From a bacterium (GTDB taxonomy: Bacteria > Desulfobacterota > DSWW01): a stretch of DNA of 25,409 bases. Each line of letters opens with the position of its first letter. Positions within the stretch are counted from its first letter, which is position 1. Of this stretch, positions 17,029 to 25,239 are shown piece by piece. The position numbers and the translations under genes are program-made. The notes beneath the pieces were generated by a model, which made no database searches, was not told the origin of the DNA, and was given only the letters and a program-made list of their open reading frames with translations. The stretch is taken from the NCBI GenBank assembly GCA_040756235.1, contig JBFLZG010000007.1, positions 1 to 25,409 on the forward strand, written 5' to 3'.

Positions 17029-17884
17029 AAGCGGTAACGGAAGGCGATCGCCATCCGCCTATGCGTGTCTTCGGGTCCGCAGGCAGGGCCGGATCTCGAC
17101 GGTCACGATGAACCGCCCCCAAGTCTTCAATGCGCTGAATGTACGTCATCTGGAGGAGCTCAAGAGAACCTTCGAGGAAATCGGCTCCGAGAGAGCAGTC
17201 TCCGTCGTGATCCTCGAGGGGGCGGGAGGAAACTTCTGTTCCGGGGCCGACATGACCCTCCTCGCAGGCGAGCTCGACGCCGACCAGTGGCGCTATATCG
17301 TGTGGCTCATGGGTTCCATCATTCGGGCCATGAGAGTGGCCCCGCAGGCGATCGTGACCAAGATCCGAGGCGTGGCCTACGGCGCAGGGGCGAACATGGC
17401 CCTGGCCGGAGACTTCGCCCTGGCAGCCCATGACGCGCGCTTCTGCCAGTCGTTCGTCAAGCTCGGGGCCGTCCTGGACGGAGGCGGCACCTACTTCCTG
17501 CCGCGCCTGGCCGGCATGGCCAGGGCCAAGGAGCTCGCCCTGCTGGGTGAAGCGGTCGACGGCAGAACAGCCGCAGCCATGGGGCTCATCCATCGGTCCT
17601 TCCCGGACGAGCGCCTCGACGACGAAGTCCGGTCACTGGCCGAGGCCCTCCTCGAAAGGTCGTCCGCGGCGATCGCCGAGATCAAAGAAGGGCTCGAGCG
17701 GAGCCTGGGCATGTCCCTGGAGGAGGCTCTGGAGTGGGAAGTGGCGCGGCAGACCGTGCGCATGACCACGCCCGAGGTACGGGAGGCGGGCCGGCGATTT
17801 TACCAGGCGAAGACGGGCAAGAAGCGGCCCGGCCGGGGTTCAGGAGCGCAACCGTCCGAGCACGGCGCTCGAGTCAAAGGCTGA
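17006..17884 (+). CDS. Crotonase-family enoyl-CoA hydratase/isomerase, PaaG-like
   Basis: ATG 17006 after GGAGGT. NRPQVFNAL, FCSGADM, AYGAGANMALAGD, FVKLGAVLDGGGTYFLPRL. Confidence 0.88.
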   Translation: MGRDSSSRSGNGRRSPSAYACLRVRRQGRISTVTMNRPQVFNALNVRHLEELKRTFEEIGSERAVSVVILEGAGGNFCSGADMTLLAGELDADQWRYIVWLMGSIIRAMRVAPQAIVTKIRGVAYGAGANMALAGDFALAAHDARFCQSFVKLGAVLDGGGTYFLPRLAGMARAKELALLGEAVDGRTAAAMGLIHRSFPDERLDDEVRSLAEALLERSSAAIAEIKEGLERSLGMSLEEALEWEVARQTVRMTTPEVREAGRRFYQAKTGKKRPGRGSGAQPSEHGARVKG

Positions 17885-17885
17885 A

Positions 17886-17999
17886 TGTCGCGAGCGAGCC
17901 GCGAGTGTCTGGGGATGAGCCGGCTGAGGAATCGCGAGCGTGGCGATCTCACTGCAACGGGGGGTTGCCACGTCCCTCCGGGCCTCGCAATCTCCGACA
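17886..17999. repeat. Degenerate REP/MITE-like palindromic element (TGTC...GACA bounded)
   Basis: TGTC at 17886 and GACA at 17996-17999. Inner inverted repeat CGTGGCGATCTC (17939-17950) / GGGGTTGCCACG (17961-17972). GCGAG near the left end complements CTCGC (17984-17988). Confidence 0.5.
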
Positions 18000-18112
18000 C
18001 TTGCTGCCGGTCGCCACGTCCGCTGCCGACCAAACAAGCCACGGAATACGTCACCTGATTCTATGAGCGGGCCTGGTTGATAGCCTAACCATGAGGAGCG
18101 CAGGAGGAGGGG

Positions 18113-19921
18113 ATGGGTCACTACAAGGCGAACGTGCGGGATGTGGAATTTGCTCTGTTCGAGGTTTTGAAAGCCGATGAGCTGCTGGGGAAGCCGCCTT
18201 TCGAGCACGTGTCCAGAGACGACGTGCAGCTCGTCATCCGGGAGGCTGCCCGTTTCGCGCAGGAGGTCTTCGGCGAGCTCTACCAGCAGGGGGACGAGGC
18301 CGGATGCCGGCTGGTGGACGGGAAGGTCCGGGCCCCGGAGGTCTTCCGCGCCGCCCGCGCGGCCTTCATGGAGAACGGCTGGCAGCAGCTGAGCGTGGAC
18401 GTCGAAGACGGCGGTCAGGGTCTGCCGTACTGCTTCGCCATTGCGGCCCAGGAGTTCTTTACCTCCGCCAATCCTGCCCTCACCTTGTACTGCGTGCCGG
18501 AGATGTTCGCGAACATCATCCGTGTGTTCGGAACGCCCGAGCAGGTCGCGCGGTTCTGCCCCGGGATGTTCGAAGGCCGGTGGAGCGGAACCATGGTCCT
18601 CACCGAACCGGAGGCCGGCTCGGACGTGGGAGCGGCCCGCACCAGGGCGAAGCGGCTCGAGGGCACGCCCTACTACCACATCGACGGGGCCAAGCGGTTC
18701 ATCACCTCGGGCGATTTCGACCTGGTGGAGAACATCATTCATCTGGTGCTGGCCCGGGTGGAGGGCGCTCCCGCAGGCACCAAAGGGCTGTCTCTGTTCA
18801 TCGTCCCCAAGATCTGGGTGCACGAGGACGGCACGCTGGGAGAGCCCAACGACGTCGCCTGCACCGGGATCGAACACAAGATGGGCCTGCACGGTTCGGC
18901 CACCTGTCAGCTCAACTTCGGCGAGAACGGCCGGTGCCGGGGCGTTCTTCTGGGAAACCAGGAGAACCGCGGCATGAGCCAGATGTTCGAGCTCATGAAC
19001 GAGGCCAGGCTCTGGACCGGATTGAAGGCCCAGGGGCTGGCTTCGACCGCCTACCTCAATGCCCTCGCCTATGCCAGGGACCGGGTGCAGGGGGCGGACC
19101 ACAAGAGCCTCGCCCCCGATGCGCCGCGGGTCGCCATCCTCCGGCATCCGGACGTGAGGAGAATGCTCCTGGACCAGAAGAGCAAGGTAGAGGCGATGCG
19201 GGCCCTGATCCTGAGGGCCGCCTGGCTGATCGACCGGGTACGGGTGACAGGAGGCCGGCAGGCGAACCCGGCGGACCAGGCCGAGCTGGAGATCCTCACG
19301 CCGCTCATCAAAGCCTACTGCTCGGAGGAGTCGTTCTTTCTCATCTCCGAGGCGATGCAGGTCATGGGCGGATCGGGGTACTGCCGGGACTACCCGATCG
19401 AGCAGTACCTGAGGGACGTGCGGGTCACGGCGATCTACGAGGGCACCACCCACATCCAGGCCCTGGACCTCGTCACCCGCAAGATCCCGCGTGCCGGCGG
19501 GGAGGAGTTCCGTCGCTTCCTGGAACGGATCCGCGCGGTCGCACGAGAGCGGGAGAAGGACGGGTTCCTCGCCGCCGAAGGCCGTCTTCTGGATGCGGCC
19601 GCCGAATCCCTGACGAGGCAGGTCCAGCGTCTGATCTCCTTCTTTGGGGAGGATGTCTACCTCGTGGGCCTCAACGCCAACGCGCTGCTCTGGAGCGTGG
19701 CGGAAGTCGCCCTCGGCCGAGTCATCCTGGAGCAGGCGGTCGCGGCCCGAAACGGCCTGAAGCGGATCTCGTCCTCGCACCCGGACCACGCCTTCTACCG
19801 AGGCAAGATCGAAGCGGCGCGGTTTTTCATGGCCAGCAATCTTCCCAACGTGCATCGGCGCGAGGAGGTCCTGCAGCTCAAGGACACCTCCTGCCTGGAG
19901 ATCCCGGACGAAGCCTTCTAG
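18113..19921 (+). CDS. Acyl-CoA dehydrogenase, long ~600 aa type (FadE5/DmdC-like)
   Basis: RBS AGGAGGAGG. GTMVLTEPEAGSDVG, KRFITSG, GTKGLSLFIVPK, EHKMGLHGSATC, MNEARL, AIYEGTTHIQALDL. Confidence 0.92.
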   Translation: MGHYKANVRDVEFALFEVLKADELLGKPPFEHVSRDDVQLVIREAARFAQEVFGELYQQGDEAGCRLVDGKVRAPEVFRAARAAFMENGWQQLSVDVEDGGQGLPYCFAIAAQEFFTSANPALTLYCVPEMFANIIRVFGTPEQVARFCPGMFEGRWSGTMVLTEPEAGSDVGAARTRAKRLEGTPYYHIDGAKRFITSGDFDLVENIIHLVLARVEGAPAGTKGLSLFIVPKIWVHEDGTLGEPNDVACTGIEHKMGLHGSATCQLNFGENGRCRGVLLGNQENRGMSQMFELMNEARLWTGLKAQGLASTAYLNALAYARDRVQGADHKSLAPDAPRVAILRHPDVRRMLLDQKSKVEAMRALILRAAWLIDRVRVTGGRQANPADQAELEILTPLIKAYCSEESFFLISEAMQVMGGSGYCRDYPIEQYLRDVRVTAIYEGTTHIQALDLVTRKIPRAGGEEFRRFLERIRAVAREREKDGFLAAEGRLLDAAAESLTRQVQRLISFFGEDVYLVGLNANALLWSVAEVALGRVILEQAVAARNGLKRISSSHPDHAFYRGKIEAARFFMASNLPNVHRREEVLQLKDTSCLEIPDEAF

Positions 19922-19951
19922 AGCGCCAGACCCGTCAAAAGGAGAATGACC

Positions 19952-20782
19952 GTGGAGAACATGCTGAAAGACAGAGTCGCCATCATCACGGGGTCCGGAA
20001 GAGGAATCGGAAGAGCGACCGCGCTGCTGTTCGCCGCCGAAGGCGCCAGGGTGGTGGTCAGCGACCTCGATGCCGCACCGGCGCAGGAGACGGTCGCGGA
20101 GATCCGCAAGAACGGAGGCCGGGCCATCGCGCACGTCGGAGACGTGACGTCCCCGGGCTTTGCCGCGGATATCGTCCGAGCGGCTGCCGGCGAGTGGGGG
20201 GCGGTGCACATCCTGGTCAACAACGCAGGGTTCACCTGGGACAGCCTGGTCCAGAAGATGAGCGACGAGCAGTGGGACAAGATCCTCGACCTGCACCTGA
20301 AAGCTCCCTTCCGCATCCTGCGCGCCGCGGCCCCCTACTTCGTGGATGCGGCCAAGAAGGAGATGGAGGGCGGCGGCAAGGCCGTGCCTCGAAAGATCGT
20401 GAACATCTCCTCGGTGGCGGGCGTCAGCGGTAACCTGGGCCAGGCCAACTACTCTTCCGCCAAGTCGGGCGTCATCGGCCTCACCAAGAGCATGTGCAAG
20501 GAGTGGGGCCGCTACAACGTGCAGTCCAACTGCGTCGCGTTCGGCGTCATCGACACGAGGCTGACACAGGACAAGGAGAAGGGGATCACGGTCGAAGCGG
20601 GCGGGCAAAAGATCGCGGTGGGCGTTCCGGAGAAGATCCGCCAGAGCTTCGTGAGCATGATCCCCCTGGGGAGGGTCGGCACGCCCGAGGACGCGGCCAG
20701 GGCCATTCTCTTCTTCGCCTCTCCCCTGTCCGACTACGTTTCGGGCCAGGTGCTGGTGGTGGGCGGCGGGTTCTCGATGTAG
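19952..20782 (+). CDS. Short-chain dehydrogenase/reductase (3-oxoacyl/3-hydroxyacyl-CoA, FabG-like)
   Basis: TGSGRGIG, VNNAG, NISS, catalytic YSSAK, YVSGQV. GTG 19952 has the best RBS spacing; ATG 19946 and 19961 are alternatives. Confidence 0.9.
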   Translation: MENMLKDRVAIITGSGRGIGRATALLFAAEGARVVVSDLDAAPAQETVAEIRKNGGRAIAHVGDVTSPGFAADIVRAAAGEWGAVHILVNNAGFTWDSLVQKMSDEQWDKILDLHLKAPFRILRAAAPYFVDAAKKEMEGGGKAVPRKIVNISSVAGVSGNLGQANYSSAKSGVIGLTKSMCKEWGRYNVQSNCVAFGVIDTRLTQDKEKGITVEAGGQKIAVGVPEKIRQSFVSMIPLGRVGTPEDAARAILFFASPLSDYVSGQVLVVGGGFSM

Positions 20783-20815
20783 GTGCGACGCTCGGAGCGA
20801 ACGAGGAGATCGGCG

Positions 20816-21646
20816 ATGAAGGAATGGATCGGCTACAAGACGAAACCGTTCGTAAGCACGTACGGCTGGAAGGACGCGGCGCTCTATGCCTTGAGCATCG
20901 GGGCTCAGACCGACGAGCTCCCGTTCCTGTACGAGAACACCCGGGGAGGCATGAAGGTGTTCCCGAGCTTCTGCGTCCTTTCCATGAATACCCTGCTGAT
21001 GGATCTGCTTGCGAAGCTGGACCTGCCGCGGATCCTGCACGGAGAGCAGCTCATCCGGCTGCATCGGCCGATCCCGCCGGAAGGGAGACTCCGGACCGTG
21101 GGGGAAATCCCGAACGTCTACGACAAGGGACAGGGGAAGCCGGCTCTCATCTGCCTGCGGACCGATACCGCACTCGAAGGGGGAGAGCCGCTCTTCACCA
21201 ACGAGGCCGTGATCTTTTATCGGGGAGCAGGCGGCTTCGGCGGAGAACCGGGGCCCAAGGCCGAGCCCCTGGATCCGCCCCGGGGAGTCGAGCCCGACTT
21301 CAGGATCTCTTACGCGCTGCCCGAAAATCAGGCAGCCCTCTACCGCCTGACCGGCGACGTCAATCCCCTGCACATCGACCCCGAGTTCGCGAAGAAAGGA
21401 GGGCTGGACAGACCGATCCTGCACGGGCTGTGCTCCTTCGGGTACGCCACGCGGGCGATCCTGTACGGCGCATGCGGCGGGGACGCGGCGCGCTTCAAGG
21501 AGCTCAAGGTGCGCTTCTCCGGCATGGTCTATCCGGGCGAAACACTGACCACGGAGGGCTGGAAGGACCGGGATGGACGTTACCTCATTCAGGTCCGGAC
21601 GGAGCGCGCCGTGGTCATGAGCCAGGCCTACGCGACCGTGGAGTGA
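20816..21646 (+). CDS. MaoC/hydratase-2 (double hot-dog) (R)-specific enoyl-CoA hydratase
   Basis: ATG 20816 after GAGGAG. LYALSIG, ILHGEQ, hydratase-2 motif YRLTGDVNPLHIDP, PILHGLCSFG, RFSGMVYPGETL. Confidence 0.9.
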   Translation: MKEWIGYKTKPFVSTYGWKDAALYALSIGAQTDELPFLYENTRGGMKVFPSFCVLSMNTLLMDLLAKLDLPRILHGEQLIRLHRPIPPEGRLRTVGEIPNVYDKGQGKPALICLRTDTALEGGEPLFTNEAVIFYRGAGGFGGEPGPKAEPLDPPRGVEPDFRISYALPENQAALYRLTGDVNPLHIDPEFAKKGGLDRPILHGLCSFGYATRAILYGACGGDAARFKELKVRFSGMVYPGETLTTEGWKDRDGRYLIQVRTERAVVMSQAYATVE

Positions 21647-21649
21647 AGG

Positions 21650-22801
21650 ATGAAACGGGAGCTTTACAGCGAGGAGCACGAGATCTTTCGCGAGGCTTTC
21701 CGCAAGTTCCTGGAAAAAGAGGCGGTCCCCTGCCGGGCGGAATGGGAGAAGGCGCGGATCGTATCGCGCAGCTTCTGGAAGAAAGCGGGCGAGCAGGGCT
21801 TTCTCGCGCCCTGGGTGGAGGAAGCGTATGGCGGGGCCGGCGCGGACTTCCTCTACAGCGCGGTCGAGGTCGAGGAAGTCAACCTCATCGGGGCCTACGA
21901 GCTCGTGGGCATGTGCATGCACAGCGACATCGTGGTGCCCTACATCCACGCTTTCGGCACGCAAGAGCAGAAGCAGCGCTGGATCCCGGGGTGCGTGACC
22001 GGGGACATCATCACCGCGATCGCCATGACCGAGCCGAACGCCGGCTCGGACCTCCAGGCCATCCGGACCACGGCCGTGAAGGACGGGGACGCGTACGTCC
22101 TCAACGGGCAGAAAACCTTCATCTCGAACGGATTTCTCAACGACCTGGTGATCGTCGCCTGCCTGACCGATCCCAGAGCCAAGCCCCGCCACGCAGGAAT
22201 CAGCCTGATCTGTGTGGAGGAGGGAACGCCGGGGTACCAGAAGGTGCGCAAGCTCGACAAGATCGGCTTGCACGCCCAGGACACGGCGGAGCTGTTCTTC
22301 GAAGACTGCCGGGTGCCCAGGGAGAACCTGCTCGGAGCCGAGGAGGGCAGGGGCTTCATCCAGCTCATGGTGAAGCTCCAGCAGGAGCGCCTGGTCTGCG
22401 CCATCTCCTCCATGGCCGCCATCCGGGGCGTCCTCGGATGGACGAAGAAGTATTGTGAGGAGCGGGTCTGCTTCGGCAAGCCCATCATCAGGTTCCAGAA
22501 CACGCGGTTCAAGCTCGTGGAAATGTACACCATGGCCGAGGCCCTGCAGGCCTTCATGGATCGGCTGGTCCGGGAGCACATGAAAGGCACGGACGTCGTG
22601 ACCGAAACCTCGATGGCGAAGTGGATGTGCTCGGAGGAGCTCAAGAAGACCGTCGACCAGTGCCTGCAGTTCTTCGGCGGTTACGGCTACATGGAAGAGT
22701 ACCCGATCGCCAAGGCTTACCGGGACGTCCGGGCATCGACGATCTTCGCCGGCACGACCGAGATCATGAAGGAGATCATCGGCAGGCGGCTCGGGATGTA
22801 G
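21650..22801 (+). CDS. Acyl-CoA dehydrogenase (LCAD/IVD-type catalytic arrangement)
   Basis: IAMTEPNAGSDL, NGQKTFISNG, KIGLHAQDTAELFF, LQQERL, FFGGYGYMEEYPI, TIFAGTTEIMK. Confidence 0.93.
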   Translation: MKRELYSEEHEIFREAFRKFLEKEAVPCRAEWEKARIVSRSFWKKAGEQGFLAPWVEEAYGGAGADFLYSAVEVEEVNLIGAYELVGMCMHSDIVVPYIHAFGTQEQKQRWIPGCVTGDIITAIAMTEPNAGSDLQAIRTTAVKDGDAYVLNGQKTFISNGFLNDLVIVACLTDPRAKPRHAGISLICVEEGTPGYQKVRKLDKIGLHAQDTAELFFEDCRVPRENLLGAEEGRGFIQLMVKLQQERLVCAISSMAAIRGVLGWTKKYCEERVCFGKPIIRFQNTRFKLVEMYTMAEALQAFMDRLVREHMKGTDVVTETSMAKWMCSEELKKTVDQCLQFFGGYGYMEEYPIAKAYRDVRASTIFAGTTEIMKEIIGRRLGM

Positions 22802-22840
22802 GAAAGAACCGGCTGCGGGCGCAGCATCTGGAGACAAGCC

Positions 22841-24523
22841 ATGTTCGACAGCAAGCAATTGAACGGAATCCGGCAGCATGCGGAGGAGTGGAACCGGAAG
22901 TTGGAGAGCGCGGGCGAGAGGCGACCTGCCGAGCAGTACGTGACCGATTCCGGAATCCCGGTGAAGAGGCTCTATACGCCCTGCGACATCCAAAGGATGG
23001 ACTACCTGAAGGACGTGGGCTTTCCCGGAGAGCCGCCCTACGTGCGCGGGATCTACCCGACCATGTACCGGGGCAGACCCTGGACCATGCGGCTCTTCTC
23101 CGGGCACGGCACCCCCGAGGAAACCAACCGGCGCTGGAAGTTCCTCTACGAAAACGGCGAAACCGGGTTCAGCGCGGCGGTGGACGCTCTCACCTTCAAC
23201 GGCCTCGACCCCGACGACGAGCGCGGCGACCTCGAGGTGGGCACGACCGGAGTGCCGCTCTACTGCATCGATTCCATGTTTGCCTTGACCGACGGGATCC
23301 CCCACGACAAGGTGAGCGTGGCCCTCGTGGTGGAGCCGTTCTCGTCGGCTCCCATTTGTGCGATGTACTTCAACTGCTGCATGGACAAGGGACTCGATCT
23401 GAGACAGGTCCGGGGGACCTGCCAGAACGACATCCTCACGCAGACGCTGGGATACGTGCCTTACCGGAACGTGGCGCCCGCGCACTTGCTGAGGTTTGCC
23501 TGCGACCTGATCGAGTACACGACCGCCCAGGACCGGGTGCCGCTCTGGCACCCGATCAACTTCACCGGCTACAACTACCGGGAGGGCGGGATCGATGCCG
23601 TGCAGGAGCTCGGGTTCGTGTTCGCCAACGCGACCGCCCACATCGACGAGCTCGTGCGCCGCGGTTACGCGCCGGACCGGTTCGTCAACCGGCTCGCGTT
23701 CCATCTGGCGGCGCACAAGGATTTCTTCGAGGAGATCGCCAAGTACCGGGCCGCCCGCAGGATCTGGTACCAGCTGATGAAAGACCGCTACGGCTGCAAG
23801 GACCGGAGGTCGTACGAGTTCCGTTTCCACATTCAGACGGCCGGCAGCTCGCTCACGGCGCAGCAGCCCATGGTGAACGTGGTGCGGACGGCGTATCAGG
23901 CGCTGGAGGCGGTGATCGGCGGGTGCCAGTCGATGCACACGAACAGCTACGACGAGGCGATCTGCCTGCCGAGCAAAGAGGCGGTGCTGGTGGCCCTGAG
24001 GACGCAGCAGGTGATCCAGGACGAGACCCGGGTGGGCTACACCATCGACCCGCTGGCCGGCTCCTACTTCGTCGAGCACCTGACGGCCGAGATGGAGAAG
24101 AGGGTCTGGGAGTATATGGGCGCGATCGAGAACGCCGGAGGGATCGTCAAGGCCCTCGAGTCGGGGTGGCTCTACCGGGAGATGCGGGATGCCTTCAAGA
24201 AGCGGCAGGCCAACATCGAAGCCGGGATCGAGGGGATGATCGGCGTGAACCTGTACGCGGACAAGCGGGAGTACCACGTGCCCAACGTCTTCCGCACCAA
24301 TCCCGAGGCGATGCGGATCGAGCAGGCAAGGATCGACCGGCTCAGGCGGGAACGGGGCGAGGCGGCATTCGCCCAGGCCATGGACCGGCTCCGGAAAGCG
24401 GTCGAGAGCGGCGACAACGTCATGCCCGCGATGATGGAAGCGACTCGGGTGGCGACGGTAGGCGAAATCTGCGACGTCTATCGCGAGGTCTTTGGTATAT
24501 GGGACCCGCCGATCGTGATCTAG
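22841..24523 (+). CDS. B12-dependent acyl-CoA mutase, large (substrate-binding) subunit, MCM/ICM family, specificity unclear
   Basis: GFPGEPPYVRGIYPTMYRGRPWTMR, GTCQNDIL, FFEEIAKYRAARRIW, HIQTAGSSLTAQQP, QSMHTNSYDEA, DPLAGSYFVE, ATVGEI. No B12-binding domain in this chain. Confidence 0.92.
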   Translation: MFDSKQLNGIRQHAEEWNRKLESAGERRPAEQYVTDSGIPVKRLYTPCDIQRMDYLKDVGFPGEPPYVRGIYPTMYRGRPWTMRLFSGHGTPEETNRRWKFLYENGETGFSAAVDALTFNGLDPDDERGDLEVGTTGVPLYCIDSMFALTDGIPHDKVSVALVVEPFSSAPICAMYFNCCMDKGLDLRQVRGTCQNDILTQTLGYVPYRNVAPAHLLRFACDLIEYTTAQDRVPLWHPINFTGYNYREGGIDAVQELGFVFANATAHIDELVRRGYAPDRFVNRLAFHLAAHKDFFEEIAKYRAARRIWYQLMKDRYGCKDRRSYEFRFHIQTAGSSLTAQQPMVNVVRTAYQALEAVIGGCQSMHTNSYDEAICLPSKEAVLVALRTQQVIQDETRVGYTIDPLAGSYFVEHLTAEMEKRVWEYMGAIENAGGIVKALESGWLYREMRDAFKKRQANIEAGIEGMIGVNLYADKREYHVPNVFRTNPEAMRIEQARIDRLRRERGEAAFAQAMDRLRKAVESGDNVMPAMMEATRVATVGEICDVYREVFGIWDPPIVI

Positions 24524-24541
24524 GCAGGCTGTGTGAGGATT

Positions 24542-24715
24542 CGTCATCCCGGCCCAACTGCGGAGCGCGTGGGAGCCGGGATCCAGGAGGGTGCACCGTG
24601 CACAGCGGTGATTGCCGGGTAACGGTGACTGGACCCCGGCCTTCGCCGGGGTGACGGAAAGACAGGGAGCAGGGTCTGGCCGGCTTGCGACACAGCCTCT
24701 TGCGCGGGAATGACG
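24542..24715. repeat. CGTC-tagged REP-like palindromic repeats (inverted dimer plus a partial third copy)
   Basis: Left unit CGTCATCCCGGC..GCCGGGATCCAG (24542-24586). Right unit CTGGACCCCGGC-CTTC-GCCGGGGTGACG (24629-24656). Outer and inner arms each match 11/12 as inverted repeats. A further half unit GCGGGAATGACG lies at 24704-24715. Confidence 0.7.
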
Positions 24716-24770
24716 GGCAAATCGGCGTGACCACGGACCGCGGCTAACAGCTCATGACACGGAGATCATC

Positions 24771-25184
24771 ATGGCGGAGAGAAAGATCAAAGTGTTGATG
24801 TCCAAGCCCGGCACGGACGGGCACTGGCGGGGGATCGTGACGATCTCCAGGGGTCTTCGGGACGCCGGGATGGAAGTGATCTTCGGCGGGTTCCAGTCGG
24901 TGGACGAGATCGTGGAGTCGGCCATTCAGGAAGACATCGACGTGATCGGGCTGAGCATCCATTCGGGGGCCCACAAGGGGTACGTCCGCCGGCTGATCGA
25001 GGCCCTGGACAACGAGGGGGTGCGGGAGGATTTCACCGTCCTGGTGGGCGGGGCCATCCCCTGTGAAGACTTCCAGGCACTCAGGGAGCTGGGCGTGGCG
25101 CAGGCCTTCGGCCCCGGCACCATGATCTCGGAAATCGTGGAGTTCATCAGGAACAACGTCAGCCGCAAAGACGTGCTCCAATGA
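24771..25184 (+). CDS. Cobalamin-binding small subunit of the acyl-CoA mutase
   Basis: GGAG RBS. KPGTDGHWRG (DxHxxG base-off/His-on motif), LRDAGMEVI, IGLSIHSGAH, VGGAIP, FGPGT. Confidence 0.92.
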   Translation: MAERKIKVLMSKPGTDGHWRGIVTISRGLRDAGMEVIFGGFQSVDEIVESAIQEDIDVIGLSIHSGAHKGYVRRLIEALDNEGVREDFTVLVGGAIPCEDFQALRELGVAQAFGPGTMISEIVEFIRNNVSRKDVLQ

Positions 25185-25239
25185 GGGGGGCCGATCCGCG
25201 CGGCCTGCGATCCATGCTGACGCCAACGGGGGGGAAGCA

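Noticed and set aside
572..17593. Other long minus-strand ORFs (572..2638, 2611..4830, 10612..11901, 11739..13016, 13838..15049, 14839..17007 and others)
   Set aside because: They overlap well-supported + strand genes entirely and have the composition typical of shadow ORFs in GC-rich DNA.
18074..18091. TGGTT-N8-AACCA inverted repeat upstream of the ACAD gene as an operator
   Set aside because: The arms are only 5 bp, no second copy was noticed, and no regulator gene is in the window.
22841..24523. Annotation as methylmalonyl-CoA mutase
   Set aside because: The Tyr89, Arg207 and His244 equivalents are substituted, and no epimerase gene is adjacent.
17840..24547. 2235-aa ORF on the minus strand
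   Set aside because: It is the codon-aligned antisense shadow of five same-frame, GC3-biased + strand genes, with no recognisable motifs.
24524..24770. Possible cobalamin riboswitch ahead of the B12-binding subunit
   Set aside because: No B12-box or other conserved riboswitch core was recognised, and the structure is explained by REP-like palindromes. An Rfam scan would settle it.
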